From positions 6,144,001-6,208,000 of the forward strand of contig OY970303.1 in NCBI GenBank assembly GCA_963716255.1: a stretch of 64,000 nucleotides of DNA, in the 5' to 3' direction. Below, piece by piece: positions 53,551 to 62,693 of the stretch (its first letter is position 1; each line of letters begins with the position of its first letter). The notes under the pieces are model-generated. The model did no database searches. It was not told the origin of the DNA and was given only the letters and a program-made list of their open reading frames with translations. The translations under genes and the position numbers were made by a program. The stretch is from an uncultured Gemmatimonadales bacterium. Lineage in GTDB: Bacteria; Gemmatimonadota; Gemmatimonadetes; Longimicrobiales; Longimicrobiaceae.

Positions 53551-53581
53551 CCGTCCGGGCGCCCCCGGGCCCCTCTGCCTG

Positions 53582-53615
53582 GCCGACGCTCCGGAGGGGC
53601 GTCGGCTTTTTGTTT
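53582..53615 (+). terminator. Intrinsic terminator between nifU and mrp
   Basis: GCCGACGCTCC-GGA-GGGGCGTCGGC followed by TTTTTGTTT. Confidence 0.8.
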
Positions 53616-53666
53616 CCGCACACCGCCGGCGCCCGCGCGGGCACGCCGGACCGAGGATCTCTGCCG

Positions 53667-54773
53667 ATGAACGTGGAAAGCAACCAGACGCTGCGCCGGG
53701 TGGCCGCCGCCCTCGCCGGCGTGCGCCACCCGCAGACGGGCGACGACGTGGTCTCCAGCGGGCGCGTGCGCGACCTTCAGGTGACGGAGGACGGAGTCGT
53801 CCGCTTCCGCTTCGTCCTCCAGCCGGACGACCCGGGGACGCTGGTCCGCCAGTCGCGCGCCGCCGCCGAGGCGGTGGAGGGCGTGGGCAAGGTCAAGATC
53901 GACATCTCCCTCCCGGCCGCGCAGCCGCAGCAGCACACGCACCGCAAGGCGCCCGGCTCCGTCCCCGCGCCCAAGCCGAACCCCAACCTCCTCCCCGGCA
54001 TCGACCGGGTGATCGCGGTCAGCTCCGGCAAGGGCGGGGTGGGAAAGAGCACCGTGGCCGTGAACCTGGCCGCCGCGCTCGCCGCGGACGGGCTCCGCGT
54101 GGGCGTCCTGGACGCCGACGTGTACGGCCCCAACGTCCCCATGATGTTCGGGGAGCACCGCCGCCCCGCGGTCACCGGGAGCAAGGGCGCCGAGAAGATC
54201 GAGGCGCTGGAGGCCCACGGCGTCCGCCTCATGAGCCTTGGCTTCCTCCTGGACGAGGCGCAGCCCGCCATCATGCGCGGGCCGCTGATCGCCGGCATCC
54301 TCAAGCAGTTCCTGGAGCAGGTGGAGTGGGGCGAGCTGGACTTCCTGGTGGTGGACATGCCCCCCGGCACCGGCGACGCGCAGCTGTCCCTGGTGCAGAC
54401 GGTGAACGTGGACGGCGTGGTGATGGTGACCACGCCGCAGGACGTGTCCACCGGCGACGTGCTGCGGGGCATCAAGATGTTCGAGCGCACCCACACGCGC
54501 GTGCTGGGGATCGTGGAAAACATGAGCGGCTTCGTCTGCCCCTGCTGCGGACAGCGCTACGAGATCTTCGGACGGGGGGGCGGCCAGCGCCTCGCCGAGC
54601 AGACCGGCGTCCCCTTCCTGGGCGACGTGCCGCTGGAGATGGAGGTGCGCGCGAGCGGCGACGCGGGTGCGCCGGTGGTGGTGTCCTCGCCCGAGTCGCC
54701 GGCGGGGATGGCGCTGCGCGAGGTGGCGCGGCGCGTCGTGGCGGAGCTTTCCGTGGTGCCGGCTGTCGTGTGA
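53667..54773 (+). CDS. mrp: Mrp/NBP35 (ApbC) Fe-S cluster carrier ATPase
   Basis: SGKGGVGKST, DADVYGP, DMPPGTGD, VTTPQ, ENMS..CPCC. Confidence 0.95.
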   Translation: MNVESNQTLRRVAAALAGVRHPQTGDDVVSSGRVRDLQVTEDGVVRFRFVLQPDDPGTLVRQSRAAAEAVEGVGKVKIDISLPAAQPQQHTHRKAPGSVPAPKPNPNLLPGIDRVIAVSSGKGGVGKSTVAVNLAAALAADGLRVGVLDADVYGPNVPMMFGEHRRPAVTGSKGAEKIEALEAHGVRLMSLGFLLDEAQPAIMRGPLIAGILKQFLEQVEWGELDFLVVDMPPGTGDAQLSLVQTVNVDGVVMVTTPQDVSTGDVLRGIKMFERTHTRVLGIVENMSGFVCPCCGQRYEIFGRGGGQRLAEQTGVPFLGDVPLEMEVRASGDAGAPVVVSSPESPAGMALREVARRVVAELSVVPAVV

Positions 54774-54797
54774 TAACGGCTTTGTAGCTGCGGGTTT

Positions 54798-54926
54798 GGG
54801 CGTGCCCCCGGCTGGCGCCGGGGTCGGGCTTCGGCTCCGTAACGCACGAAACAACCGTGCGTAACGGAGTCGAGCCCGCGCAAACAGCCGCGCGGTCTCG
54901 CCCCTTCGGGCCGAAATCCCTCACGC
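54798..54926 (-). repeat. Dispersed ~130-nt structured intergenic element, copy 6
   Basis: Reverse complement of the shared core. Confidence 0.95.
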
Positions 54927-54989
54927 GGGGGTGGCGCTGGCGTCCGCGGGGATGGGGGAGCACGACACGGCGAGCCTGAGGGTCAGGAA

Positions 54990-55102
54990 GCCCTCCCCCA
55001 GAATTGGGGGAGGGTGGCGGCTCTCAGGCCGCCGGGTGGGGGCCGCCGGGGCCGCAACACATGCGTGAGGGGGGTGGCGAGCGTCGCTCGCCACCCCCCT
55101 TC
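54990..55102. repeat. REP-like palindromes and a strong hairpin
   Basis: CCCTCCCCCA-GAAT-TGGGGGAGGG; GGGGGGTGGCGAGCG-T-CGCTCGCCACCCCCC. Confidence 0.6.
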
Positions 55103-55127
55103 GCCGTCCCGTCCGGATTCCGCGCGG

Positions 55128-55367
55128 CTACGAGTCCAGCCAGGCCTGGTCCGAGGAGGAGGCGAGGCGGCGGTGGGAGCCGCCGCCGCTCCGCTGCACC
55201 AGCTTGACCACCACGTAGCCGACCAGCAGGACCGGCGCCAGCTTGAAGAGCAGCCCCAGCGCGCCGAAGGCCAGGCCGAACACCGCGGCGACCAGCGCGA
55301 AGAGGATGCTGACGGCCACCAGGCCGACGACGCAGATGACGAACAGGGTGAGCAGTGCGGTGAGCAT
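55128..55367 (-). CDS. Small membrane protein
   Basis: Hydrophobic 79-aa ORF with AGGAGG RBS; last gene of the ECF operon. Confidence 0.8.
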   Translation of the reverse strand: MLTALLTLFVICVVGLVAVSILFALVAAVFGLAFGALGLLFKLAPVLLVGYVVVKLVQRSGGGSHRRLASSSDQAWLDS

Positions 55368-55398
55368 CGGAGTCCTCCTGTGTTTGTCCTCGGGTGTC

Positions 55399-56277
55399 CT
55401 ACCGGTCGATCCAGTCGATGTCGATGGAGCCGAAGGCGGCGTCCACCTCCACGGTCAGGCGGTTGCGGGCGCTCTCCCAGTTGCGGCTGTAGTACGCCCC
55501 GCCGCGCTTCACCAGCCCCGCGTCGTCGAAGCTGGTGAGGAACGAGTCCTTGACGATGCGCACCCCCAGATCCCGCGGGAACCGCAGCGTCAGCGAGCCG
55601 AGCCCCAGGGAAACCTTGGCGGTGGCGTTCCGGTCCCACGCCCCGCCGAAGTCCAGGACCGTCTCTCCCACCCCGCCCTCGAACACGAAGCGCTCGGCCC
55701 TCGCATTCCCCAGCCCCGTGGCCTGGAAGCTCGCCGCCCCCGCATTCATCTCCACCTCTTCCGCGGCGATGCGGTTGGGCGCGCCGAAGGCGACGCGCGT
55801 CTCGCTCGCTCCGGTGGAAAGGTGCAGGCTGCGGAGCGACAGGCCGCCCAGGTCGATGTCGGCCTCCCCAGCGCCGAACTCCAGGTCCAGGTCCAGCGGC
55901 ACCTCGCGGGTGAGGTGCAGGTCGGCGCGCGACTCCTCGCGCACCCGGTTCACCCGGATGCCGCGGCCCCGGTCGCGCGACTTCATCCCCAGGCGGAGCG
56001 CGCCGCTCGCGCGGTCGTACTCCGTCACCGGCGTGGTCTGGCTCTCGTCGTAGCGCATCTGGAACTCGTAGAGGAGCGGGCGGTCGGCCGGGGTCACCAC
56101 CAGCCGCCCCGCCCCGTACTCCACCTCCACGGCCAGCGCCTTCTCGCCCAGCGCCTGCCGCGACGAGGTCACGGTGCGCCAGCTCTGCGCGTCCGACGCC
56201 CCCGGCGATCCGCACCCGGCACCCACGGCCAGGGCGAGCGCGAGCAGGGCGCTCCCGCCGCCGCGCCGCTCAGACAT
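55399..56277 (-). CDS. LiaF/LiaG-like (toast-rack beta-repeat) envelope protein, probable lipoprotein
   Basis: AVGAGC lipobox-like motif; repeated beta units (LDLEFGAGEADIDL, LHLSTGASE, MNAGAAS, FEGGVGE). Confidence 0.7.
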   Translation of the reverse strand: MSERRGGGSALLALALAVGAGCGSPGASDAQSWRTVTSSRQALGEKALAVEVEYGAGRLVVTPADRPLLYEFQMRYDESQTTPVTEYDRASGALRLGMKSRDRGRGIRVNRVREESRADLHLTREVPLDLDLEFGAGEADIDLGGLSLRSLHLSTGASETRVAFGAPNRIAAEEVEMNAGAASFQATGLGNARAERFVFEGGVGETVLDFGGAWDRNATAKVSLGLGSLTLRFPRDLGVRIVKDSFLTSFDDAGLVKRGGAYYSRNWESARNRLTVEVDAAFGSIDIDWIDR

Positions 56278-57487
56278 GGGGCTCCCTCGCCGCCGGCTCC
56301 GCGTCGAAGAGGGGATCGCCGTCCAGCACCGGGTCGTAGGCCCGCGGGACGTACGCCTCGCGGGTGCCGGCGCGGGTCAGGATCACCGCGCCCAGGCCGA
56401 GCGTGGCCGCCGCCCACAGGATCATCCCGCCGAGCACCTGGAGGAGGACCCCCACCCATCCCAGGAACCCCACCATCCCGATCAGGTGCCCCGCCAGCAT
56501 GGGCGCCAGCAGGAGCCCGATCCCGGCGAACACGTAGGCGTAGGCGTTCCGGTAGCGGAAGTCGAACCCGCCGCGCTGCTCCGCCGTGTACTCGCCGACC
56601 ACGTGCGCCACCGCCAGCAGGCCGAAGCCGAAGGCGGCGACCACCGCGAGCGGGTAGAGCGGGATCGCCACCAGGAGCACCGGGATGCCGATGATGGAGA
56701 TGGCCAGCGCCACCACCAGCAGGATGAAGGCGGGGATGACCAGGAAGCTGGCCGCGAGCCCCACCGCCGCCGAGCGCCCCGTGTGGAGGCGCGCCGTTTC
56801 GCTCACCTTCCGCAGGTAGGGGAGACCGTAGAACACCAGCGCGGCCCCGATCCCCGCCAGCACCAGCGCGAAGGCGAGCGTGGACATCACCCCCGCGATC
56901 CCCTCGCCGATGTCGTCGAACCACGACGGGTGGCGGACGCGCACGGCCTGCGGCGGCGGGGGAGCGTGCGGGGCGGAGGGCATCACCAGCACGTGCTCCT
57001 CGTTCACCGCCAGCGTGCGCATCTCGCCCAGGATGCGGCCGCCGTGGTTCAGCAGCTCGCCGTCCGTCACCACCGCGTCGCCCATCACCCGGCCGCCGTC
57101 CTCCATGAGGAGGTCGCCGCCGGTGACCACCGCGTTGCCGCGGATCTCGCCGTGCACCGTGAGGTCGCCGTCCACCACCACCATGTCGCCGTCGATCACC
57201 TCGCCGTCCGCCACCACGTGGTCTCCGGTGAGCACCGAGACCCCGGCGTCGCGGACCTGCGCCCGGGCACGTGCCGCCTCCCGCACCGCCTCGCGGTGCA
57301 CCCGGGCGGCTTCCCGCGCCGTTTCCGCCTGCGCCGCGGCGACCTCCCGGGCGACCTCCGCCTGCACGGCCGCGGCCTCGCGCCGGAGCTCTCCGGCCGG
57401 GGCGCCCTGCGCCGCGGCGGGGAGGCCGTTCCCCAGGAGCGCCGCGGCGAACAGCAGCGCCGGTACCTTCACGATATCAGTTCGCAT
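56270..57487 (-). CDS. Membrane protein with bactofilin-like beta-helical repeat
   Basis: Signal peptide; VDGDLTVHGEIRGNAVVTGGDL repeats; several C-terminal TM helices. Confidence 0.75.
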   Translation of the reverse strand: MRTDIVKVPALLFAAALLGNGLPAAAQGAPAGELRREAAAVQAEVAREVAAAQAETAREAARVHREAVREAARARAQVRDAGVSVLTGDHVVADGEVIDGDMVVVDGDLTVHGEIRGNAVVTGGDLLMEDGGRVMGDAVVTDGELLNHGGRILGEMRTLAVNEEHVLVMPSAPHAPPPPQAVRVRHPSWFDDIGEGIAGVMSTLAFALVLAGIGAALVFYGLPYLRKVSETARLHTGRSAAVGLAASFLVIPAFILLVVALAISIIGIPVLLVAIPLYPLAVVAAFGFGLLAVAHVVGEYTAEQRGGFDFRYRNAYAYVFAGIGLLLAPMLAGHLIGMVGFLGWVGVLLQVLGGMILWAAATLGLGAVILTRAGTREAYVPRAYDPVLDGDPLFDAEPAAREPHV

Positions 57488-58106
57488 GGGCCACATCCCC
57501 CGCCGGGGCTCGAAGAAGTCGAACCAGCACGAACGCCGAGACCGGCGTCGCGACCGCCATCCCCATCGCCAGCAGCGAGATCTCGCCGGTGGGGTTCTCC
57601 CACAGCGCCGCCGCCGCTCCCTGCCCCCACTCCAGGATCCCGCTCGCCGCCACCAGCTCGAACGCGCCGTCCACCGCCGCGTGCCCCGCCTGCGCCGCCC
57701 ACTGCTGCCCCATGGAAAGCAGTCCGCCCACGGTGACCAGCGGGAAGGACAGCAGCCACGCCGCCACCGCCAGCAGCGGCGCGAACGGGGAGGCGAGCGC
57801 CGCGAACAGCATCATCCACCCGCGCCGCGTCGCCGGCAGCCAGCGCCGCACCCTCGCCAGCGCGGCCGATCCCTCGGGCCGGAGGTGCACCCGCGCCATG
57901 ACGGCGTCGGAGAATTCCGGCATGGGGGTGAAGCGCGGGAGGTCGCCGAGCGAGGCGAAGAGCGCCCGGCTGGATTCGACCTCGGCCGCGCAGGTGCCGC
58001 AGCGCTCCACGTGCGCCCGCACCTCCTCCCGCTCGTCGGGCGGGAGGGCGTCCTCGGCGTACAGCTCCAGCGTCCACTGCGGCACGTGTCCGAACGGATA
58101 TGACAC
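57477..58106 (-). CDS. zf-HC2 (RsiW-like) anti-sigma factor
   Basis: H...HVERCGTC (HxxxCxxC) then TM helices; GTG start after AGGAG RBS. Confidence 0.88.
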   Translation of the reverse strand: MSYPFGHVPQWTLELYAEDALPPDEREEVRAHVERCGTCAAEVESSRALFASLGDLPRFTPMPEFSDAVMARVHLRPEGSAALARVRRWLPATRRGWMMLFAALASPFAPLLAVAAWLLSFPLVTVGGLLSMGQQWAAQAGHAAVDGAFELVAASGILEWGQGAAAALWENPTGEISLLAMGMAVATPVSAFVLVRLLRAPAGDVAHAN

Positions 58107-58146
58107 GGGTCCACTCTCCTGGTTGGTCGGGCGATTCGTCACCGAC

Positions 58147-58175
58147 TACGGGTTCTCACCACTGGAAGTTTCAGC
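58147..58175 (-). promoter_or_regulatory. ECF-type promoter upstream of the anti-sigma gene
   Basis: GCTGAAACTTC-N13-CCGTA. Confidence 0.7.
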
Positions 58176-58179
58176 ACGG

Positions 58180-58770
58180 TCAGATCCGCAGGTGGGCGAG
58201 CGATTCGCGCAGCTCGCCGCGGGCCCTGTGGATGTACGTCTTCACGGTGCCCAGCGGCACCGCCATGATCTCGGCGATCTCCTCGTACGCCCGCCCCTCC
58301 ACGTGGCGCAGGAGGACGGCGGTCTTGTACTCGGGGCGCAGCCGGCCGATGGCGCGCTCGATCTCGGACCCCAGCTCGCGGGCCTCCAGCAGCTCCTCGG
58401 GGTTCTCGTCGTCCGAGACCGCGGTGATGCGGGTCGCTTCGATGTCCTCGTCCGTCTCCGCATGCCGTGAGCCGTCCAGCGAGACGGTGGCCGGCTCCTT
58501 CTTGCGCAGCGCATCGATCGTCACGTTGGTGGCGATCTTGAAGATCCAGCTGGAGAACTTGTACTTGGGGTCGTACCGGTCGATGTTGTTGAAGACCTTG
58601 ACGAAGGTCTCCTGCGACAGGTCTTCCGCCTGCTCCCGGTCCCGCACCATGCGGTACACGAGCGAGAACACCGGACGCTGGTAGCGGCCGAGAAGCTCCC
58701 TGTACGCCGCCTCGCTGCCCTTGCGGGCGCGGGTGACGAGCTCGTGGTCGGGTACTTGGGTCGCGTCCAA
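58180..58770 (-). CDS. ECF sigma-70 factor (SigW-like)
   Basis: AEDLSQETF, KFSSWIFKIATN, YEEIAEIM.VPLGTVKTYIHRAR. Confidence 0.95.
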   Translation of the reverse strand: MDATQVPDHELVTRARKGSEAAYRELLGRYQRPVFSLVYRMVRDREQAEDLSQETFVKVFNNIDRYDPKYKFSSWIFKIATNVTIDALRKKEPATVSLDGSRHAETDEDIEATRITAVSDDENPEELLEARELGSEIERAIGRLRPEYKTAVLLRHVEGRAYEEIAEIMAVPLGTVKTYIHRARGELRESLAHLRI

Positions 58771-58810
58771 TTTGTGGACTGAAGGGTCGGAGTACTCTGC
58801 CTGGAGCCTG

Positions 58811-58839
58811 TACGGCGGCCCCGCGGCCGAAGTTTCAGC
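58811..58839 (-). promoter_or_regulatory. ECF-type promoter upstream of the sigma gene
   Basis: GCTGAAACTTC-N13-CCGTA, same architecture as 58147-58175. Confidence 0.7.
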
Positions 58840-58939
58840 CGGGCCCCCGCGGCGGACCCGGGGGTGTCCAGGCTTGCCGCGAGGGGCGGGTGCAGGTACC
58901 TTTTGTCCTTCATTTTACACGATTCTCACGCCGTCCGCG

Positions 58940-59680
58940 ATGCCGTCCGCAACCAGCCGACCCACCGTGCTCCCCGCGCCCGCCGAGAAGGCCGCGCAGG
59001 TGCGCGGGATGTTCTCGTCGATCGCACCGCGCTACGACCTGCTCAACCACCTGCTGTCGCTGGGCATCGACAAGCTGTGGCGGCGCTGGGCCGTGAACCG
59101 GCTGGGGTGGGAGCGTGCGCCGGGGGGGACATACCTGGACAACTGCGCGGGAACGCTCGACCTGTCGGTGGAGCTGGCGCGCCGGCCCGGCTTCCGGGGG
59201 CGCGTGGTGGGGAGCGACTTCACCTTCGCCATGCTGGAGCGGGGCCAGGGCAAGGTGGCGCGGCTCCCGGTGTCCTCCGCGTGCGCCGACGCGCTGATGC
59301 TCCCGTACCCGGACGCGGCCTTCGACGGCTCCACGGTGGGCTTCGGGGTGCGCAACCTGGCGGACCTGGACGCCGGGCTCCGCGAGTCGGCGCGGGTGCT
59401 GAAGCCGGGGGCGAAGCTGGTGATCCTGGAGTTCACCACGCCCACCTGGCAGCCCTTCCGGGGGATGTACTTCTTCTACTTCCTGCGGGTGCTTCCGCTG
59501 GTGGGGCGCATGGTGTCGAAGCACTCGTCGGCGTACACGTACCTGCCGGAGTCGGTGCTGAACTTCCCGGAGCCGCCGGAGCTGGCGGAGCGGATGGGCC
59601 GCGCCGGCTTCGACGAGGTGGGGTGGACGACGCTCTCCGGGGGGATCGCCGCCATCCACTGGGGGACGCGCCGGCCGTGA
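58940..59680 (+). CDS. ubiE: UbiE/MenG demethylmenaquinone methyltransferase
   Basis: MFSSIAPRYDLLNHLLS.G, GFGVRN, RVLKPG, ILEF, AYTYLPESV. Confidence 0.93.
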   Translation: MPSATSRPTVLPAPAEKAAQVRGMFSSIAPRYDLLNHLLSLGIDKLWRRWAVNRLGWERAPGGTYLDNCAGTLDLSVELARRPGFRGRVVGSDFTFAMLERGQGKVARLPVSSACADALMLPYPDAAFDGSTVGFGVRNLADLDAGLRESARVLKPGAKLVILEFTTPTWQPFRGMYFFYFLRVLPLVGRMVSKHSSAYTYLPESVLNFPEPPELAERMGRAGFDEVGWTTLSGGIAAIHWGTRRP

Positions 59681-59946
59681 ACGACTTCCTGTCCATCTTC
59701 GGGGTGGGGCTGGTCCTCACCTTCATCGCGTGCTGCGTCTCGTCCGCGATGCTCCAGATCGTGGCGTGGACCCGCCACGCGCGGGAGGGGGTGCCGGTGT
59801 CGCTGCGGGCGCTGTGGAAGCCGGAGGAGCACTTCGACGAGGTGGGGGTGCGGCAGATCACGCTGGCCCGCTCGCTCCTCACCGTGGGCGGGGTGGCGTA
59901 CCTGAGCTTCGGGGTGCTCAATCTGGCCGCGGCGGCGCTGCGGTAG
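59677..59946 (+). CDS. Small membrane protein
   Basis: GTGA overlap with ubiE; two hydrophobic segments. Confidence 0.6.
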   Translation: MNDFLSIFGVGLVLTFIACCVSSAMLQIVAWTRHAREGVPVSLRALWKPEEHFDEVGVRQITLARSLLTVGGVAYLSFGVLNLAAAALR

Positions 59947-59970
59947 TCGCGGCCGATCGAGGAGCGGGCA

Positions 59971-60303
59971 ATGGCTCTCCTGCACGACGTCGAGGCCGGG
60001 ATCGAGCTTCCCGGCGAGCGCATCGCGGAGTTCTGCCGCCGGTGGCACGTGGTGGAGCTGGCGCTGTTCGGCTCCGTGCTGAGCGACGACTTCGGCCCGG
60101 CGAGCGACGTGGACGTCCTCGTGACCTTCGACCCGGAGAACACGCCGTCGCTCTTCGACCACGCGGACATGCAGGACGAGCTCGCCGCGATCTTCGGCCG
60201 GCCGGTGGACCTGGTCAGCAGGCGCGGGGTGGAGAGAAGCGAGAACCCATTCTGGAAACGGTCGATCCTGGGAACGGCAAGGGTCATCTATGTTGAACCC
60301 TGA
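59971..60303 (+). CDS. MNT nucleotidyltransferase antitoxin (MntA-like)
   Basis: LFGS-X10-DVD, GRPVDLV. Confidence 0.9.
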   Translation: MALLHDVEAGIELPGERIAEFCRRWHVVELALFGSVLSDDFGPASDVDVLVTFDPENTPSLFDHADMQDELAAIFGRPVDLVSRRGVERSENPFWKRSILGTARVIYVEP

Positions 60304-60655
60304 TCACGCTTACCTGGCCGACATCCTGATTGCTGCTCGCAAAGTCCAGAAGTTCGTCTCCGGAGTCAGCCGGTCGGATTTCGAAGACGACGAGATGCGG
60401 GAATCCGCGGTCGTCAGGCAGCTTACGATCATTGGTGAAGCGGCCGAGAATGTCTCGCTCGAGTTCAGGGGCGCCCATCCCGAGATCCCGTGGCGGAAGA
60501 TGGCGGGATTGCGGGACGTTCTCGTCCACGCGTACCGGCGGGTGGACCTCGCCGAGATGTGGACCATCTCCACTGAGTCGGTACCGTCTCTGATCGGATC
60601 GCTGGAGCCGGTGGTCGCGGCTGCTGTGGAACAACTCGAGGATACATCGCAGTGA
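60290..60655 (+). CDS. HEPN/DUF86 ribonuclease toxin (HepT-like)
   Basis: IIGEAA, PEIPW, RDVLVHAY (R-X4-H-X-Y). Confidence 0.9.
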   Translation: MLNPDHAYLADILIAARKVQKFVSGVSRSDFEDDEMRESAVVRQLTIIGEAAENVSLEFRGAHPEIPWRKMAGLRDVLVHAYRRVDLAEMWTISTESVPSLIGSLEPVVAAAVEQLEDTSQ

Positions 60656-61557
60656 GCACATACATCCACGAAGGGCAGCACATCCGCGGGCGGGGGCGCC
60701 TGGTGGACTACTCCAACCTGGTGAAGCTCCCCCACACCGTCTTCGCCCTTCCGTTCGCGCTGGTGGGCGCGACGCTGGCGTCGTACTACTTCCCGGTCCG
60801 CTGGACGGACCTGCTGCTGATCCTGGCGGCCTTCACCTCGGCGCGCTTCGCGGCCATGGGCTTCAACCGCATCGTGGACCGGGCCATCGACGCGCGCAAC
60901 CCGCGCACGCGCATGCGCGAGATCCCGGCGGGGAAGCTCACGGTGGCGCAGGCGGCGGCGGCGGTGGCGGGGGCGAGCGGGCTGTTCCTGGCGTGCGCGG
61001 CGATGCTGAACCGGCTGTGCCTGCTGCTCGCTCCGCTCGCGCTCGCCTGGATCTTCTTCTACTCGTACACCAAGCGCTTCACGCGCTGGGCGCACCTGGT
61101 GCTGGGGGTGTCGCTGGCCATCGCCCCGGTGGGCGCGTACCTGGCCGTCTCGGGCGAGTGGAGCCGCCCCGCGTCCGTGCTGCTGGTGCTGGCGGGGGCC
61201 GTGGTCGCCTGGGTGTCCGGCTTCGACATCCTGTACTCGCTGCAGGACATCGAGTTCGATCGCTCGCAGGGGCTGCACTCCATCCCCGCGGCGCTGGGGC
61301 CGCGCGGGGCGCTGGTGGCGTCGCGCGTCCTCCACCTGGCGTGCGCGGGATTGTTCTTTCTGCTGGGCACGCTGGTGCCGGAGGCGGGGGCGATCTACTA
61401 CGCCGGGGCGGTGCTCGTCACCGTGATGCTGGCGTACGAGCAGAGCCTGGTGCGGTCCAACGACTTTTCCCGCATCGACGCGGCGTTCTTCAACATCAAC
61501 GGGATCATCTCGGTGGGCTTCTGCCTCCTGGTGCTGGTGGAGAGGCTGCTGGCGTGA
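60652..61557 (+). CDS. UbiA-like polyprenyltransferase (MqnP-type)
   Basis: HTVFALPFA, AMGFNRIVDRAIDARNPRT, YSYTKRF, GFDILYSLQD.EFD. Confidence 0.92.
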   Translation: MSTYIHEGQHIRGRGRLVDYSNLVKLPHTVFALPFALVGATLASYYFPVRWTDLLLILAAFTSARFAAMGFNRIVDRAIDARNPRTRMREIPAGKLTVAQAAAAVAGASGLFLACAAMLNRLCLLLAPLALAWIFFYSYTKRFTRWAHLVLGVSLAIAPVGAYLAVSGEWSRPASVLLVLAGAVVAWVSGFDILYSLQDIEFDRSQGLHSIPAALGPRGALVASRVLHLACAGLFFLLGTLVPEAGAIYYAGAVLVTVMLAYEQSLVRSNDFSRIDAAFFNINGIISVGFCLLVLVERLLA

Positions 61558-62153
61558 GCGCCGCCGGGGAGGCGCCCATCACCCTGGGGGTGACGGGGGC
61601 GTCGGGGGCGCCGTACGCGGTGCGCCTCCTGCGCGCCCTCAACGACACGGCGACGCCGGTGCGGCTGATCGTCTCGTCGTACGGGTGGCGCCTGCTGGCG
61701 GAGGAGTCGGGGATCGACGGGCTGGACGCGCTGCGCGCCGCCACCGGCGACTGGTCGAGGGTGGAGCTGTACGACGCGCTGGACCGCGGGGCGACACCCG
61801 CCTCCGGGTCGGCGCCGTCGCGCGGGATGGTGATCTGCCCGTGCTCCATGGGCACGCTGGCGTCCATCGCGGCGGGGACCTCGCGCAACCTGGTGGAGCG
61901 CGCCGCGGACGTGGCGCTCAAGGAGCGCCGGCCGCTGCTGCTCGTCCCTCGGGAAACGCCGCTCTCGCTGATCCACCTGGAGAACATGACACGCCTCACC
62001 CGCGCGGGCGCCACGGTGATGCCGGCCGCGCCGGGGTTCTACTCGCGGCCCCGGAGCATCGACGACCTGGTGGACTTCGTGGTGGCGCGCATCCTGGACC
62101 ACCTGGGGGTGGAGCACGAGATCGGGCGGCGGTGGCGGAGCGGGGAGGCATGA
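61554..62153 (+). CDS. ubiX: Flavin prenyltransferase
   Basis: GVTGASGAPY, ASGS, PCSMGTL, RAADVALKERR, RETP, APGFY. Confidence 0.95.
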   Translation: MSAAGEAPITLGVTGASGAPYAVRLLRALNDTATPVRLIVSSYGWRLLAEESGIDGLDALRAATGDWSRVELYDALDRGATPASGSAPSRGMVICPCSMGTLASIAAGTSRNLVERAADVALKERRPLLLVPRETPLSLIHLENMTRLTRAGATVMPAAPGFYSRPRSIDDLVDFVVARILDHLGVEHEIGRRWRSGEA

Positions 62154-62623
62154 GGGTCGGCATCATCTCGGACACGCACGGGCTGCTCCGCCCGGAAGTG
62201 TTCCCGGTCTTCGAGGGCGTGGAGCACATCCTGCACGCCGGCGACGTCGGGCCGGCCGACCTGCTGGTGGAGCTGGAGGCGATCGCCCCGGTCACGGCGG
62301 TGTGGGGGAACACGGACGGGTGGGAGGTGCGCGCCCGCGTTCCGGAGGTGGCGCGGGTGGAGCTGGGCGGCGTCACGGTGGTGGTCCTCCATGGCATGCA
62401 GCTGGGCTCGCCCACGGCGGCCGGCGCGGCGGCGGCGTACCCGGACGCGGAGCTGGTCGTCTTCGGCCACTCCCACCGGCCGGTGGTGGAGCGCGTCGGC
62501 GCCGTGCTGGCGGTGAACCCGGGGAGCGCCGGCCCGCGCCGCTTCCGCGACCCGGTGACCGTGGCGATCGCGGAGCTGTCTCCCGGACGGACGTCCGCAC
62601 GGCTGGTGGAGCTGGACCTGTGA
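62150..62623 (+). CDS. YfcE-like metallophosphoesterase
   Basis: ISDTH, HAGD, GNTD, HG, FGHSH, NPGS. Confidence 0.92.
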   Translation: MRVGIISDTHGLLRPEVFPVFEGVEHILHAGDVGPADLLVELEAIAPVTAVWGNTDGWEVRARVPEVARVELGGVTVVVLHGMQLGSPTAAGAAAAYPDAELVVFGHSHRPVVERVGAVLAVNPGSAGPRRFRDPVTVAIAELSPGRTSARLVELDL

Positions 62624-62693
62624 ACCCGGCCGGCGGCGCCGGCCTCCTGTGCCGCGGCCCCGCGCCGCGGTAAACTCTCAAAGCGAGGTGTGG

